Assembly (NCBI GenBank): GCA_965248195.1
Contig: CBDFIQ010000001.1
Span: 992,001 to 1,056,000, forward strand
Direction: 5' to 3'
Length of the DNA: 64,000 nucleotides
Source: Longimicrobiales bacterium
GTDB lineage: Bacteria; Gemmatimonadota; Gemmatimonadetes; Longimicrobiales; Gaopeijiaceae
In this document: positions 48,569-59,558 of the stretch, one piece after another
How positions within the stretch are numbered: position 1 is the first letter of the stretch
Layout: every line of letters begins with the position of its first letter
The notes under the pieces: model-generated
Seen by the model: only the letters and a program-made list of their open reading frames with translations
The model's database searches: none
What the model was told of the DNA's origin: nothing
Made by a program: the position numbers and the translations under genes

Positions 48569-49108
48569 CTACCTGGATGACGGCGGCACGATTCCCTTGA
48601 TCCGCATGTAGGTCACCAAGTTGCCGTAGTGCTCGTAGTTGTGAACGGAGTTGAAGGCGAGCACACCGGCGACGGTGTTTGGAGAGCCGAACAGGTCGGT
48701 CGCCGCCACCGCCCGCTCGTCGGTCGTCTGCGCGAAGACCCGCTCGCAATAGGCGAAGCCCAGCTCGAGCGCATCGATGATCTCCGCCTTGTGCGTCCGT
48801 GTTTCCTCGAAGTTCTCGGCTCTGGGGTTGGTCTCGCCCGCCGCAGTCGCGCAGAGATTGAACTGCCAGTCGGCGATGTGGGCTAGGATCTTGCCGGTGC
48901 TCCGGACTTCGTCCGTCGGTCGGAACGCGTACACCTCGTCGTTCAGCATCTCGGCCGTCACCATGATGTTGGTCTTGGTGACATCAAAGACGCTCTTCAA
49001 CGACTGGACGAGGGGGTTCTGGGCCGACAGCGAGGGCGGCGAGGCGAGTATCACCGTCACGGCGGCAATGAGATAGCGCTTGGTCATGGGTTTCATCGTA
49101 GACGCCAT
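48569..49108 (-). CDS. Secreted DinB-family protein
   Basis: Signal peptide; FRPTDEVRS...HIA...HNYEHYGNLVTY. Confidence 0.85.
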   Translation of the reverse strand: MASTMKPMTKRYLIAAVTVILASPPSLSAQNPLVQSLKSVFDVTKTNIMVTAEMLNDEVYAFRPTDEVRSTGKILAHIADWQFNLCATAAGETNPRAENFEETRTHKAEIIDALELGFAYCERVFAQTTDERAVAATDLFGSPNTVAGVLAFNSVHNYEHYGNLVTYMRIKGIVPPSSR

Positions 49109-49892
49109 TCGCCCCCTTGTCGATAGCGCGGGGCCGGGGGGGAGGCGGAACGCCTCTCTGGTGGTGGTGCCCCGAAAGCCGCATTCTCAGCGGCGAGGGC
49201 TATTCGTGCTCACCACAGGAAGGCATCATGGCGATCGACACCCAGAAGGTCATGGTCGGCGGCGTCGCAGCGGGCGTTGCGGAATGGACATCCCGAACCG
49301 CCAGGACTGATAGACCGACACTGGTGAAGACGATGTGTCTCTCGGTACTCGTCGTGCTCCTGACGGGCGCCAGCGCCCGTGCCCAGGACGCGCCGATCAC
49401 CATTCGGGCGGGCCGGCTCCTGGACGGTGTCGGCGGGGTGGCGGAGAACGTCACTATCACGGTCGAAGGGTCGCGCATCACCGGGCTGGGCACGTCATCC
49501 GGCCCGGTCACCCACGACCTGTCGGATCTGACGGTGATGCCCGGCTGGATCGACACACATGTGCACCTGGCCAACCACTTCGACGCCGACGGACGCAACC
49601 ACAGTGACCCGGACGAGACTCCGGCGCAGGCGATCCTCTACGCGGCCGAGAACGCCTATCTCACGTTGATGGCCGGCTTCACCACGGTCCAGAGCCTGGG
49701 AAGCCCTGGAGACCGGGACCTACGCGAGGCGGTCGCGCGTGGCAGCCTGCCGGGACCGCGCGTGCTCACGTCTCTCCGGGCCGTTAACGCGCGCACCGGC
49801 ACCCCGGATGAGATCAGAGCATTCGTGCGTCAGCTGGAGACAGACGGCGCGGACGTCGTGAAGGTCTTTGCGTCTGCGAGCATCCGGGAAGG

Positions 49893-51268
49893 GGTAGTGT
49901 CCCTAGATTTGTGTAAAAGCGGATAAGCTGGACAGGAGGGAAAGAAAAACGGAAGCTCCTCTGTTGTTGTTCACTGTCACATGAACCCGGGAGTCCGGGT
50001 CTGCAGAGCAGGCTCGGAACCGGAGAGGAGCTTCCGATGCAAGAGATTGTGGAGATCGGTCGGGCCACGCAAGACGAGCTACGCGATGATTTGCGCGAGC
50101 TGTTTCAAGGCGCGATCCGGCTGACGCTCGAGATGGTGCTGGAAGAGGAGCTGAAGGCCATGGTAGGTGCACGCCGCTTCGAGCGGGTGGGAAGCCGGAA
50201 GGACCATAGGAACGGCACATACCTGAGGCGGCTGCTGACGAGCCTGGGGCAGATCGAGGTCGCCATGCCCCGGAGCCGGGACAACGGTTCGCCGGCCGAC
50301 GTGATCGGCCGCTACCAGCGCAGGAGCCCCGAGCTCGACGAGATGATGGTCGAGGCGTATGTGAGCGGCGTGTCACAGCGCAAGATGGGCGACGTCACCG
50401 AGGCGCTGATGGGCGAGCGTGTTGGGCGCTCGACGGTGAGTCGTGTGGCAAAACGGCTCGACGAGGCCGTGGAAGGGCTGCGCCGTGCGCCGATCGAGGG
50501 GCCTCACCCCTATCTGTACCTGGACGCCACGTTCTTGGACGCCCGCTGGGCCCGCAAAGTCGAGAACGTGAGTGCGCTCGTGGCGTATGCAGTGGGCCCT
50601 GAGGGTCACCGACGGCTCCTGGCCGTCACGCTGGGCGCTGAGGAGTCGCAGCAGAGCTGGTCGGAGCTCCTCGAGCAACTCCAGGACCGCGGCCTCGGCG
50701 GTGTCGAGCTCGTGATCGCCGATGAGCACGCAGGCCTGGCAGCTGCGGTCCGCCGCTTCCTGCCCGAGGCACGCCGTCAGAGGTGTACGGTCCATCTGCA
50801 GCGTAATGTGGGGGCGAGGGTCCCCCACCGCCTACGCAAGCGCGTGGCGCGTGAGGTCTCGGTGATCTTCCAGACATCCGGACTCGCCGAGGCGAAGAAG
50901 CTCCTGGGCGAGTTCGGCGCACGCTGGAAGAAGGAGCTGCCCGAGGCCGTGGAGGTCCTGGAGCGGGGCTTCGGGGCAGCGACGCAGTTCTACGCGTTCC
51001 CCGAGGCGCACTGGCCCCGGCTGCGTACCACCAACAGCCTCGAGCGGCTGCACGGCGAGATCAAACGCAGGATCAAGGCCGCCGGCGCCTTCCCGGACCG
51101 GGCCAGCGCCCTCAGGCTCATCACGGCCGTCGCACTCAGGACCACACACGTCTGGGGCGACCGGCGTTACCTCGACCTCTCACTCCTCCAGAAACAGGAG
51201 GTCGCCCAAGCAGCCTAGCCGAAGGCGAGGAGCTTCCTCCGCTTTTACACACAAATCGGGACTTGACC
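49893..51268 (+). mobile_element. IS256-family element, copy 4
   Basis: 9-bp TSD CCGGGAAGG at 49884-49892 and 51269-51277. Confidence 0.97.
50037..51218 (+). CDS. IS256-family transposase
   Basis: Identical 393-aa protein. Confidence 0.95.
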   Translation: MQEIVEIGRATQDELRDDLRELFQGAIRLTLEMVLEEELKAMVGARRFERVGSRKDHRNGTYLRRLLTSLGQIEVAMPRSRDNGSPADVIGRYQRRSPELDEMMVEAYVSGVSQRKMGDVTEALMGERVGRSTVSRVAKRLDEAVEGLRRAPIEGPHPYLYLDATFLDARWARKVENVSALVAYAVGPEGHRRLLAVTLGAEESQQSWSELLEQLQDRGLGGVELVIADEHAGLAAAVRRFLPEARRQRCTVHLQRNVGARVPHRLRKRVAREVSVIFQTSGLAEAKKLLGEFGARWKKELPEAVEVLERGFGAATQFYAFPEAHWPRLRTTNSLERLHGEIKRRIKAAGAFPDRASALRLITAVALRTTHVWGDRRYLDLSLLQKQEVAQAA

Positions 51269-51984
51269 CCGGGAAGGCGGCGTGCAGGTCATGACCGACG
51301 AGCAGATCCAGGCGGTCTGTGCCGAGGTACGTGCGGTCGGGCTGCGTACCGTCGTGCACGCCTACGGGACCCCGAGCCTGACGGCGACCATCCAGGCGGG
51401 GTGCGGTGGGATTGAGCACGGAAACCGGTACAGCGACGCGGTGATCGATCTGATGGTCGAGCGCGGCACTTATCTGGACCCGCACCTAGGGTTGATCTAT
51501 GCCAACTACTTCGACAACAAGGAGCGCTTCCTGGGCCGCGGCAACTACACCGAGGAAGGGTTCACGTTGATGGAGGAGGCGCGGGGCATCGGGTATGGGA
51601 CGTTCCAGCGGACCCTCGCGCGCGGCGGTGTGCGGGTAGTCTACGGCACCGACGCAGTGGCGGGGGCCCACGGACACAACGCCGAAGAGTTCATCTATCG
51701 GGTCCGCGACGGCGAGCAGGACCCAATGGACGCGATCATCTCGGCGACCTCCCGTGCCGCCCAGTCACTCGGGCTCGGCGACCAGGTCGGAACGGTCCGG
51801 CCTGGTCACGAGGCGGATCTCGTCGCGGTCGTCGGTGACCCGCTCGATGACATCACCGCGGTCCGCGACGTCCGGTTCGTAATGAAGGGCGGAGTCGTCT
51901 ACAAGAACCTCGCACGGTAACTGGGAGCTTCTCTAGACTCTCCCGGCCGAGTCGCCGCCTGAAGGTGCCGGCACCTCAGGTAAA

Positions 51985-52386
51985 CTACTTGCTGGTGAGC
52001 CACTCCATGGCTGAGCGTCGCGTTCCGAAGTAGGCCGTCGGGTATGTCGCGGGACCCTCCGTAGCCGGGGGTGCACCGATCGCTGGCATGCCCGCCGGCA
52101 TGAGAAACGCGAAGCGTTCCACGCCCGCGGCATTGTAGCGGGGGATGATGTTCGCGTCCCTCCAGCCCGCGTCCATTCGTTGCATCGGCATGAGGAAAGT
52201 AAGACCGTCGACGAGCACCCTGGATCTGCCCGTCCGCTCGACCTCGGCTGCGAACCGGGACAACCAGTCGTTGAACTCGTCGCCGCTCATGGTTGCCGTG
52301 GAATCGAACCAGCGTATCTCGATGGTGTCGTGCTCGGGTCGCTCGATGACCTCCCCCCAGTCGTCTGTGAACGCGATGCTCGCCAT
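51985..52386 (-). CDS. Hypothetical protein (possibly SpoIIAA/STAS-like)
   Basis: IEIRW...VLVD...IIPRYNAAGVERFAF...YFGTRRSAMEWL; starts 2 nt after the DinB stop. Confidence 0.65.
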   Translation of the reverse strand: MASIAFTDDWGEVIERPEHDTIEIRWFDSTATMSGDEFNDWLSRFAAEVERTGRSRVLVDGLTFLMPMQRMDAGWRDANIIPRYNAAGVERFAFLMPAGMPAIGAPPATEGPATYPTAYFGTRRSAMEWLTSK

Positions 52387-52388
52387 GC

Positions 52389-52898
52389 TCAGCCCGTTGC
52401 CTTCATGGCCGCCATGATTTTCTCGGAAGGGCTGCTCTGACCGAGCACCTTCTGGAGAGCCGCGATGGACCCCAGATGGTATCCCTCGTGGAATGCGAGG
52501 AACGCGAGCTTGTCTCGCACGCACTCTTCCGCGTGCGGGCCGCCGCTTACGGGCGCGGCGAGGGCCTCCTCGGTCGCGGACGCAAGCGCGCTCATGAATC
52601 GCTCGCTCACGCTGCTCCACTGCTCGCTCAGTTCGGCGGTGGTGGGATAGTCTCGGCCATCGGTCGCCGGGCTGCTCGCGAACATGGTCTCGTACGGATT
52701 GTCGTCGGCCTGACTCAGCATCTGAAGGCCCACGTGCCGGTAGGACAGGAGGTGGCCCAGGTGCCAGGCGATAGACGGCCCCTCTTCGTTCCGTGCCCGA
52801 GTGCGGGCGACGGCATCGGACAGGTCGTCCAGAATCAAGGGAATGAGGTGATCGGTGGTGCCGAAGATATTCATGAGGGGTGCTGCGCTGTTCGCCAT
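52389..52898 (-). CDS. DinB-family protein
   Basis: SIAWHLGHL, FHEGYHLG; AGGAG RBS. Confidence 0.85.
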   Translation of the reverse strand: MANSAAPLMNIFGTTDHLIPLILDDLSDAVARTRARNEEGPSIAWHLGHLLSYRHVGLQMLSQADDNPYETMFASSPATDGRDYPTTAELSEQWSSVSERFMSALASATEEALAAPVSGGPHAEECVRDKLAFLAFHEGYHLGSIAALQKVLGQSSPSEKIMAAMKATG

Positions 52899-53086
52899 GA
52901 TTTGCTCCTGAGGATTGAATTCGCGATGTCTCTAGTCTCTCGACGAACGACCCTTGCGAAAAGATGCGGCTCGACGCCGGAAGGACGGATGGAGGAGTCG
53001 TGGCGATCCTTTTCGGGGGTTCGATCGTCACTCTTTGTAGGAACGTCTTCGACGTAGGGAGAGGCGTCATCGGCCCCGGAGAGCGC

Positions 53087-53956
53087 GTGGAGACCGAAAT
53101 ACAGGCGGCGGCACGAAAGGCTTTCGACGACTTTGTGTGCGACGTACGCACCGACCTCCACCGGTACTGCTCGCGGATGGTGGGGTCGTCGATCGAGGGC
53201 GAGGACGTCGTTCAGGACGTGCTCGCGAAAGCGTTCTATCAGCTCTCCGAGCTGGGCGGCGTGGCGAACCTCCGTGGTTGGCTCTTCAGAGTCGCTCACA
53301 ACAAGTCGCTTGATCATCTGCGGCGTTATGACCTGAAACACGGGGAGGCGCTCGAATCCGAGATGGCGGCTCCGGACCCGATCGATGCGCTCGAGCAGGC
53401 GGAGTTGACGAAATTGGGGTTGTCCTACTTCGCGAAGCTGACCCCTATGCAACGCAGCTGCGTCATTCTGAAGGACGTGCTCGACTATTCGCTCGCCGAG
53501 ATCTCGGAAGTTCTCGACTCCAGCCTCCCAGCCACGAAGGGTGCCCTGCACAGGGGCCGAGCGAGTCTCCGGCGCACGGCGGCTTCGGTCGAGGGCAGGA
53601 CGCCGGCCGTTCTGACGGAGGCCGAACAGGGGTTGCTCTCGCGCTACGCCGAGCGATTCAACGCCCACGATTTCGAGGGTCTGCGCGATATGCTGGCCGA
53701 GGACGTCCGACTCGAGGTCGTGGGCCGGTTCCAGGCTCGAGGGACCCAGCCGACCGGTCGGTATTACACCAACTACAGAAAGGCTCCGGAGTGCCGACTC
53801 CGCCCCGGGGTGGTCGAGGGGCGTCCAGCATTGCTCGCCTCAGACGCGCCGGACGAAGTTCCGGGCTACTTCATTCTGCTAGAGTGGACTGGAGAGCGCA
53901 TCTCGGCGATACGTGACTATCGCTATGCCAGGCACGTGATGGTCGAAGCCGACTAG
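53087..53956 (+). CDS. ECF sigma factor with SnoaL-like C-terminal extension
   Basis: LHRYCSRMVGS..EDVVQD, WLFRVAHN, KGALHRGR, YAERFNAHD. Confidence 0.88.
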   Translation: METEIQAAARKAFDDFVCDVRTDLHRYCSRMVGSSIEGEDVVQDVLAKAFYQLSELGGVANLRGWLFRVAHNKSLDHLRRYDLKHGEALESEMAAPDPIDALEQAELTKLGLSYFAKLTPMQRSCVILKDVLDYSLAEISEVLDSSLPATKGALHRGRASLRRTAASVEGRTPAVLTEAEQGLLSRYAERFNAHDFEGLRDMLAEDVRLEVVGRFQARGTQPTGRYYTNYRKAPECRLRPGVVEGRPALLASDAPDEVPGYFILLEWTGERISAIRDYRYARHVMVEAD

Positions 53957-54362
53957 CCGCTTCGAGCTTCGTCCCGCTCGTTCAGCGCCACCATCATCCC
54001 ATTAAAGGCCGTCTCGAGTTCCCGAAGATGTTTATCGCTCCGTCGGAATGCCACACGTCGATCCATGTCGCCGCCCTCGACATCATTGAAGGCCCGTTTC
54101 AGGTGTACCATCGGCCCCGCCACTCGTGCGGTCGTGACGATCGCGAGCCCAATGCCCACCAAGGCGATTATGGACGATCGGGTAAGAAGGAAGAACCAGA
54201 CCGCTCCGTGCAACGATGCCGGCACAATGCCGCTCATCATCATGGAGACCATGAGGACCGGTGCTGACAGCACCAGCACGACGACCCAGACGCCAGCGAC
54301 CGGGATCACGGCTGGCAGAGTGTGCTTGAACCCGCTTCCGCGGATTTCATTTTCATCGCCAT
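53953..54362 (-). CDS. Small 2-TM HAMP-domain protein, 5' end possibly frameshifted
   Basis: RVAGPMVHL...GDMDRRVAFRRSD..ELETAFNGM; best ATG (54362) is out of frame. Confidence 0.55.
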
Positions 54363-54573
54363 GTCTTTTCCGCCTGTAAGTGCGATCTCGTTGTGACGCC
54401 GCTGGGCTGCGACGCACGGTCCCCATCCTGTGCCTCGGGTCCGCCAACGGCGAAAATTGAGGCTATTTCCACCTTAACAGGTGCGGTAGGGCTTTTCTAC
54501 GAAATTCTTGGGGGCGGTCTCTATCGGCCCTGGATCGCTTGCCAACGAGCCGCGCCGCGGCGAAGCTCAACAC

Positions 54574-56837
54574 ATGTCGATCGTCCGTTCGGTGGCCGCC
54601 GCAGCGGCTCTCGCCGCCAGCCTGGTCGCTGGGCCCATCCAGGGCCAAATCCCGGGCGTCTCACCGTTGTGCGCGGACCGGGGGCCAGCGGTAGGTGCAT
54701 CCCCCTTCGATGCGGGGGTCGCCCAGCCCTCCGGTCGGGGGGTCGGCCCGATCGCCCCGCGTCGGACCTCTACTGCATCGATCTCCTTTCGACTCGGCGC
54801 GGAGGTGACGCCACCGGGATCGTGGAACTGACTCGCCCCTGGTCGCCCTTCGGGGTCACGGTCACGGCTGAGGGGCGCCATCGCCACGAGCTGACGGCGT
54901 GGATCGCGGGACTCCCCGATCCCGCAACGCTCGGGCCCTACACGACGTACGTCGCGTGGGCCACCCCGCTGGTCCTCGACCCCGTGGTCAAGCTCGGGGA
55001 GATCCGGAACGGCCGGAACGACCTGGGCGAAGTCACCTTCAACAAGTATCTGGTGCTCGTCACTGCGGAGGCGTCAGCGGAGGTCTCGGAGCGCACGGGC
55101 CCTCTCGTGATCCGCGGACGCTCACCGTCTAGCCGGATGGAGTCTCACGACCTCTTGGCGATGGCCCCCTCCGCGGAATCGGGGGGGGAGCTGGCCGTCC
55201 ACGAATTTGCCGACCAGTGGTCTCTCCCGCCGATGTACGATGGCGTGCCCAGGCTCCCGGGAATCATGGGCGCGCGTCCCCGCGCCCAGCCGCTGCTCCC
55301 GACCATGGACCTCGCTGTGGACCTCGCTGATGTCCCGGAAGCGGAGCCGAGCGGAGTCGTGACGCTCCCGAATGGCGGAACGCTCGACCTGACCGCTGCT
55401 CTCGTCAAACGCGAGATCGGGGGCCGTGAGCTCCTGATGTTCGGCTTCAACGGGCAGATTCCGGGCCCGCTCATCTCGGTTGGGCAACGGTCTACCATCT
55501 TCGTGAACTTCACGAACGACACACCCTTTCCGAGCACCGTGCACTGGCACGGAGTGCGCCTCGACAACCGATACGACGGCGTGCCTAGAGTCACCCAGGA
55601 CCCGGTGCAGCCCGGCGAGACGTTCCGCTACCAGATCTACTTCCGTGACGCCGGTATCTACTGGTATCACCCGCATCATCGGGAGGACGTTCAGCAGGAG
55701 CTCGGGCTCGCCGGCAACGTGCTCGTCGAGCCGCTTGCCGCCGACTATTACGGCCCAGTGAACCGCGAGGAGGTGGTCATGCTCGACGACCTACTCCTGA
55801 CCGAGAGCGACGTGGTCACCGAGAGCGGCGTCGTGCCGTTCGGGAACGAGTCGGCCAACTACATGCTCATGGGCCGCTTCGGCAACGTCTTCCTCACGAA
55901 TGGCGAGCCCGAATGGGGGCTGGAGGTCGACGCCGGCGAGGTCGTGCGCTTCTTCTTCACCAACGTCTCGAACACCCGGACGTTCAACGTTTCGTTCCGC
56001 CCGACGGCCGAAGCGTCGGCACCTCCCCTCCCGATCAAGGTGATCGGCTCAGACGTCGGCAAGTTCGAGCGAGAGACCATGGTCGAGAGCGTCGTGCTCG
56101 CTCCTGCCGAGCGGTACGTGGTCGAAGTCCTCTTCAGCGAGCCGGGAGCGTACGCCTTCACGAACCACGTCCAGGGCATCAACCACCGGATGGGCGTATT
56201 CCTCGAGGAGGTCGCCCAACTGGGGACGGTTGATGTGTCTGGGGCCCCCACCGCCGAGGACCACGCCCCCGCCTTCGAGACCGTCCGGGCGAACGAAGAG
56301 GTCATCTCGGACATCGACCGGTACCGCTCCGAGTTCGACCGACCGCCGGATCACGAGCTCACGCTCACGCTCGAGGTCGACGGTCTTCCCATGGCTATCG
56401 AGCAGTCGATGAACCTCGATTGGATCTACTTCAACCCTGTGGAGTGGACCGGCACCATGCCGGTGATGAACTGGGCGACCACGGGCGCCGAAGTGGGCTG
56501 GATTCTCCGGGATGCCGCGTCCGGCGCCGAGAACATGGACATCACATGGAGCTTCCGCGCCGGTGACGTGGTCAAGATCCGGCTCCACAATGACCGGAGC
56601 GCCTTCCACGCGATGCAGCACCCGTTGCACATCCACGGGCAGCGCTTTCTGGTTCTGGCTCAGAACGGCGAGCCGAACCTGAATCTGGTTTGGAAAGACA
56701 CCGTGCTTTTGCCGACCGGCTCCACGACCGATATCCTCCTTGAGCTGTCTAACCCCGGTCGCTGGATGGTCCACTGTCACATCGCGGAGCACCTCGAATC
56801 CGGCATGAAGTTCGTCTTCGACGTTGAAGGAAACTGA
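54574..56837 (+). CDS. Multicopper oxidase; signal peptide in a different frame (frameshift near 54737-54758)
   Basis: HWHG, WYHPH, HPLHIHG, HCHIAEHLESGM; signal MSIVRSVAAAAALAA from ATG 54574. Confidence 0.9.
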
Positions 56838-56838
56838 G

Positions 56839-58281
56839 ATGAAGACCTTAGCTGCATCCGGGGTGGGATCCGTCGCTGCATCAGTAGTTGCATCCGTCGC
56901 CATGGCCGCCGCGGCCCTCGCATCCGCGGCCCCGGCTTCCGCGCAGAACTTCCAGGAGTTCATTGCGGTCGACGGGCCCCTCATCGCGCTCACGAACGCG
57001 AAGGTGATCGACGGCACGGGTGCCCCGGCCGTCACCGGCCAGACGATCCTCATCCGGGGTGAACGGATCGTCGAGGTCGGGCCGTCGAGGAGCGTGGATG
57101 TCCCGGCGGACGCCGAGGTCCTCGACCTGACGGGCCACACGGTGATCCCCGGGCTGATCGGGCTGCACGATCACAGTTACTACACCGGCGGTCGCGGTCG
57201 GGCCGCACAGATCTCGTTCTCGGGCTCGCGGCTCTACCTCGCGTCCGGCGTGACGACCATTCGCACGACGGGTGCGCGGTACCCGTATGAGGAGATCAAC
57301 CTCGCGAGGGAGATCGAGGCCGGCCGAGTGATCGGACCGACGATGTTCACGACCGGCCCCTATCTGACCGGTGAGCAAGGCTCGCAGACCATGATTCACC
57401 TCCAGGGGCCCGAACACGCACGACGCGTCGTGCGCTATTGGGCCGAGGAGGGAGTGAGCTGGTTCAAGGCGTACACCTGGATCTCACGGGCAGAGCTGGG
57501 CGCGGCGATCGAAGAAGCGCATGCTCACGGTGTCAAGGTCACGGCCCACCTCTGCTCCGTCGGCTACCGGGAGGCCGTAGCCCTGGGCATCGACAACCTC
57601 GAGCACGGGTTGTTCGCAAACAGCGAGTACACGCCGGGCAAACGACCCGACGAGTGCCCCGCCGGCTTCCGGAGCTCGTTGGTCGACCTCGACGTGAACG
57701 GGCCGGAGGTTCAAGCGACCTTCCGCGACATGATCGACAACGGCGTGGCGATGACCTCCACGCTCGTCGTCTACGAAATCTCCGTCTCCGAGCGCCCGCC
57801 CATCGACGAGCGCGTCTTCGATATGCTCGCGCCAGAGATCGCGGCAGAGGTACGGGAGATCTCGATCCAGCGCCGTGAGGGACGGGGCGCGATCGATCCT
57901 GCGCTCTTTGCGAAAGCGATGGAGTACGAGCGGGCGTTCGTGGACGCAGGAGGACTCCTGGGCGCGGGTGTCGACCCGACCGGATACGGTGCCGCGCCTC
58001 CCGGGCTCGGCGACCAGCGCAACTACGAGCTCCTGCTCGAGGCGGGGTTCACGGCTCCCGAGGTCGTCGAGATCATGAGCGCCAACGGCGCCAAGGTGCT
58101 CGGGATCGACGATGATGTGGGCACGGTCGAGGCCGGCAAACTAGCCGACCTGGTCGTGATCGAGGGAGACCTCGAGGCCGTTGGGAACCTGCACGGGACG
58201 AGTATCGTCTTCCGGCATGGGATCGGGTGGGACTCGGCAAAGCTGATCGACTCGATCCGGGGGATCGTCGGGATCCGCTGA
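56839..58281 (+). CDS. Secreted amidohydrolase
   Basis: PGLIGLHDH, KVTAH, LEHG, GVD, GKLADLVV. Confidence 0.9.
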   Translation: MKTLAASGVGSVAASVVASVAMAAAALASAAPASAQNFQEFIAVDGPLIALTNAKVIDGTGAPAVTGQTILIRGERIVEVGPSRSVDVPADAEVLDLTGHTVIPGLIGLHDHSYYTGGRGRAAQISFSGSRLYLASGVTTIRTTGARYPYEEINLAREIEAGRVIGPTMFTTGPYLTGEQGSQTMIHLQGPEHARRVVRYWAEEGVSWFKAYTWISRAELGAAIEEAHAHGVKVTAHLCSVGYREAVALGIDNLEHGLFANSEYTPGKRPDECPAGFRSSLVDLDVNGPEVQATFRDMIDNGVAMTSTLVVYEISVSERPPIDERVFDMLAPEIAAEVREISIQRREGRGAIDPALFAKAMEYERAFVDAGGLLGAGVDPTGYGAAPPGLGDQRNYELLLEAGFTAPEVVEIMSANGAKVLGIDDDVGTVEAGKLADLVVIEGDLEAVGNLHGTSIVFRHGIGWDSAKLIDSIRGIVGIR

Positions 58282-58425
58282 GGCTTGGAGATGTTCGCGG
58301 AGTGGGGAGCCGCGGCCGTCGCGATATTGAAGTCGCAGCGCCAGCTTCGACATTTCGTGGCCCGCTGCGCGAGGGCGGCGTTCAGGCGGGCGAGGGAATC
58401 GGACGTGGCGGACAAGATGCGGCGT

Positions 58426-59469
58426 TTACGGGCACACTCCGCCCAAATATCCCCCACCCCCGCAGTACGCCACGTCCTGAAGCTGGATCGACAGGCCGTC
58501 GGGGTCGCTGAAGTAGAGCTCCGGCGTTCCATCCGCCGCGCCGCCGCGATTCGGCATGCGCATGGATATCCGGTGCAGTAGTGGACCCGATCGGCCCGGT
58601 TCGGTGCCTCTCGGCGTGATGCCGTGCTCCTCCAAGGCGCTCTGAATACGCTCGACGTCGAAATTCTCGAGGGTAAGACAGGCGTGATTGATGCGTGCCG
58701 GACCGGTCCCCCCCCCGCCACCGCCGGTGAACATCAGGAAGTGCACGCCGGGACCGACACCCATCAGGGGCGAGGCGGCCTGGTAGGTCTGGGTGTCCAT
58801 ACCGAACGTCTGCTGGTAAAACGCGTTTGTGCGCCCGGGATCGGGCACGTTGATCGTGAGGTGGCTCAGACCGCGGAGCGCGATCGATCCGCTTCGCGGA
58901 GCGGGCTCTAGGGCGGCGCAGCGGTCGCCGAGCAGACCGCCTCCTCCACAGTACCGCGGATCCTGCAACTGAATGACCAGACCGTTGGGATCGCCGATGT
59001 GGAGCTCGGGTGTGTCTCCCCGCGTGGTCGCGCGCAGCCGCCCCGGACCACCGCTCAAGCCCTGGCCTCGTCCGCCTGGTATCACGTCGTGACCCGCCAA
59101 GGTCCGCACGGCACGATCGATATCGAAGTTCTCCACGGCCAGGCCGAAGTGGTCGATGTGCGGGGGCTCGGAGCCCGCCTCTCTGAGTGCCAGGAAGTGC
59201 GGCCCGTCGCCGATACGGAGAAGGATCCTCTCCCCCTGGCGCGCCTGCACGGACATGCCGAAGAGCCCCTGGTAGAAATCCAACGAGCGCTCCAGATCCG
59301 AGACGGCGAGCGTTACCTGGTGCAGCCCGCGAACACCGAGCGGAGCGGCTTGCCCGTGCGCGAGCAGACGGCGGGCGAGGGTCAGCGCCGGCAGGGAGAG
59401 AAGCAAGCTCCGGCGAGTCATCACGCCCGCGGTGCCGGCGGTCTTGGGGTCGTTGATGTGATCGCTCAT
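58426..59469 (-). CDS. Tat-signal VOC/glyoxalase protein with two domain pairs
   Basis: TRRSLL; LHQVTLAVSDLERSLDFY, DPNG; LSHLTINV, DPDG; repeated YCGGGG. Confidence 0.85.
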   Translation of the reverse strand: MSDHINDPKTAGTAGVMTRRSLLLSLPALTLARRLLAHGQAAPLGVRGLHQVTLAVSDLERSLDFYQGLFGMSVQARQGERILLRIGDGPHFLALREAGSEPPHIDHFGLAVENFDIDRAVRTLAGHDVIPGGRGQGLSGGPGRLRATTRGDTPELHIGDPNGLVIQLQDPRYCGGGGLLGDRCAALEPAPRSGSIALRGLSHLTINVPDPGRTNAFYQQTFGMDTQTYQAASPLMGVGPGVHFLMFTGGGGGGTGPARINHACLTLENFDVERIQSALEEHGITPRGTEPGRSGPLLHRISMRMPNRGGAADGTPELYFSDPDGLSIQLQDVAYCGGGGYLGGVCP

Positions 59470-59558
59470 GTCTCGGTCACTCCTCTCGCGCTCAAATCCT
59501 ACGCACTTCCGGGGCAACAAGATGACATAGGCGCCTTGGGTGGCACAAGAAAAGTCGC

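Larger units (their letters stand above)
49324..51920 (+). pseudogene. Secreted amidohydrolase interrupted by IS256 copy 4
   Basis: PGWIDTHVH in the 5' part; VVHA, IEHG, YGTD, ADLVAV in the 3' part; removing IS plus one TSD restores SIREGGVQVM in frame. Confidence 0.92.
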
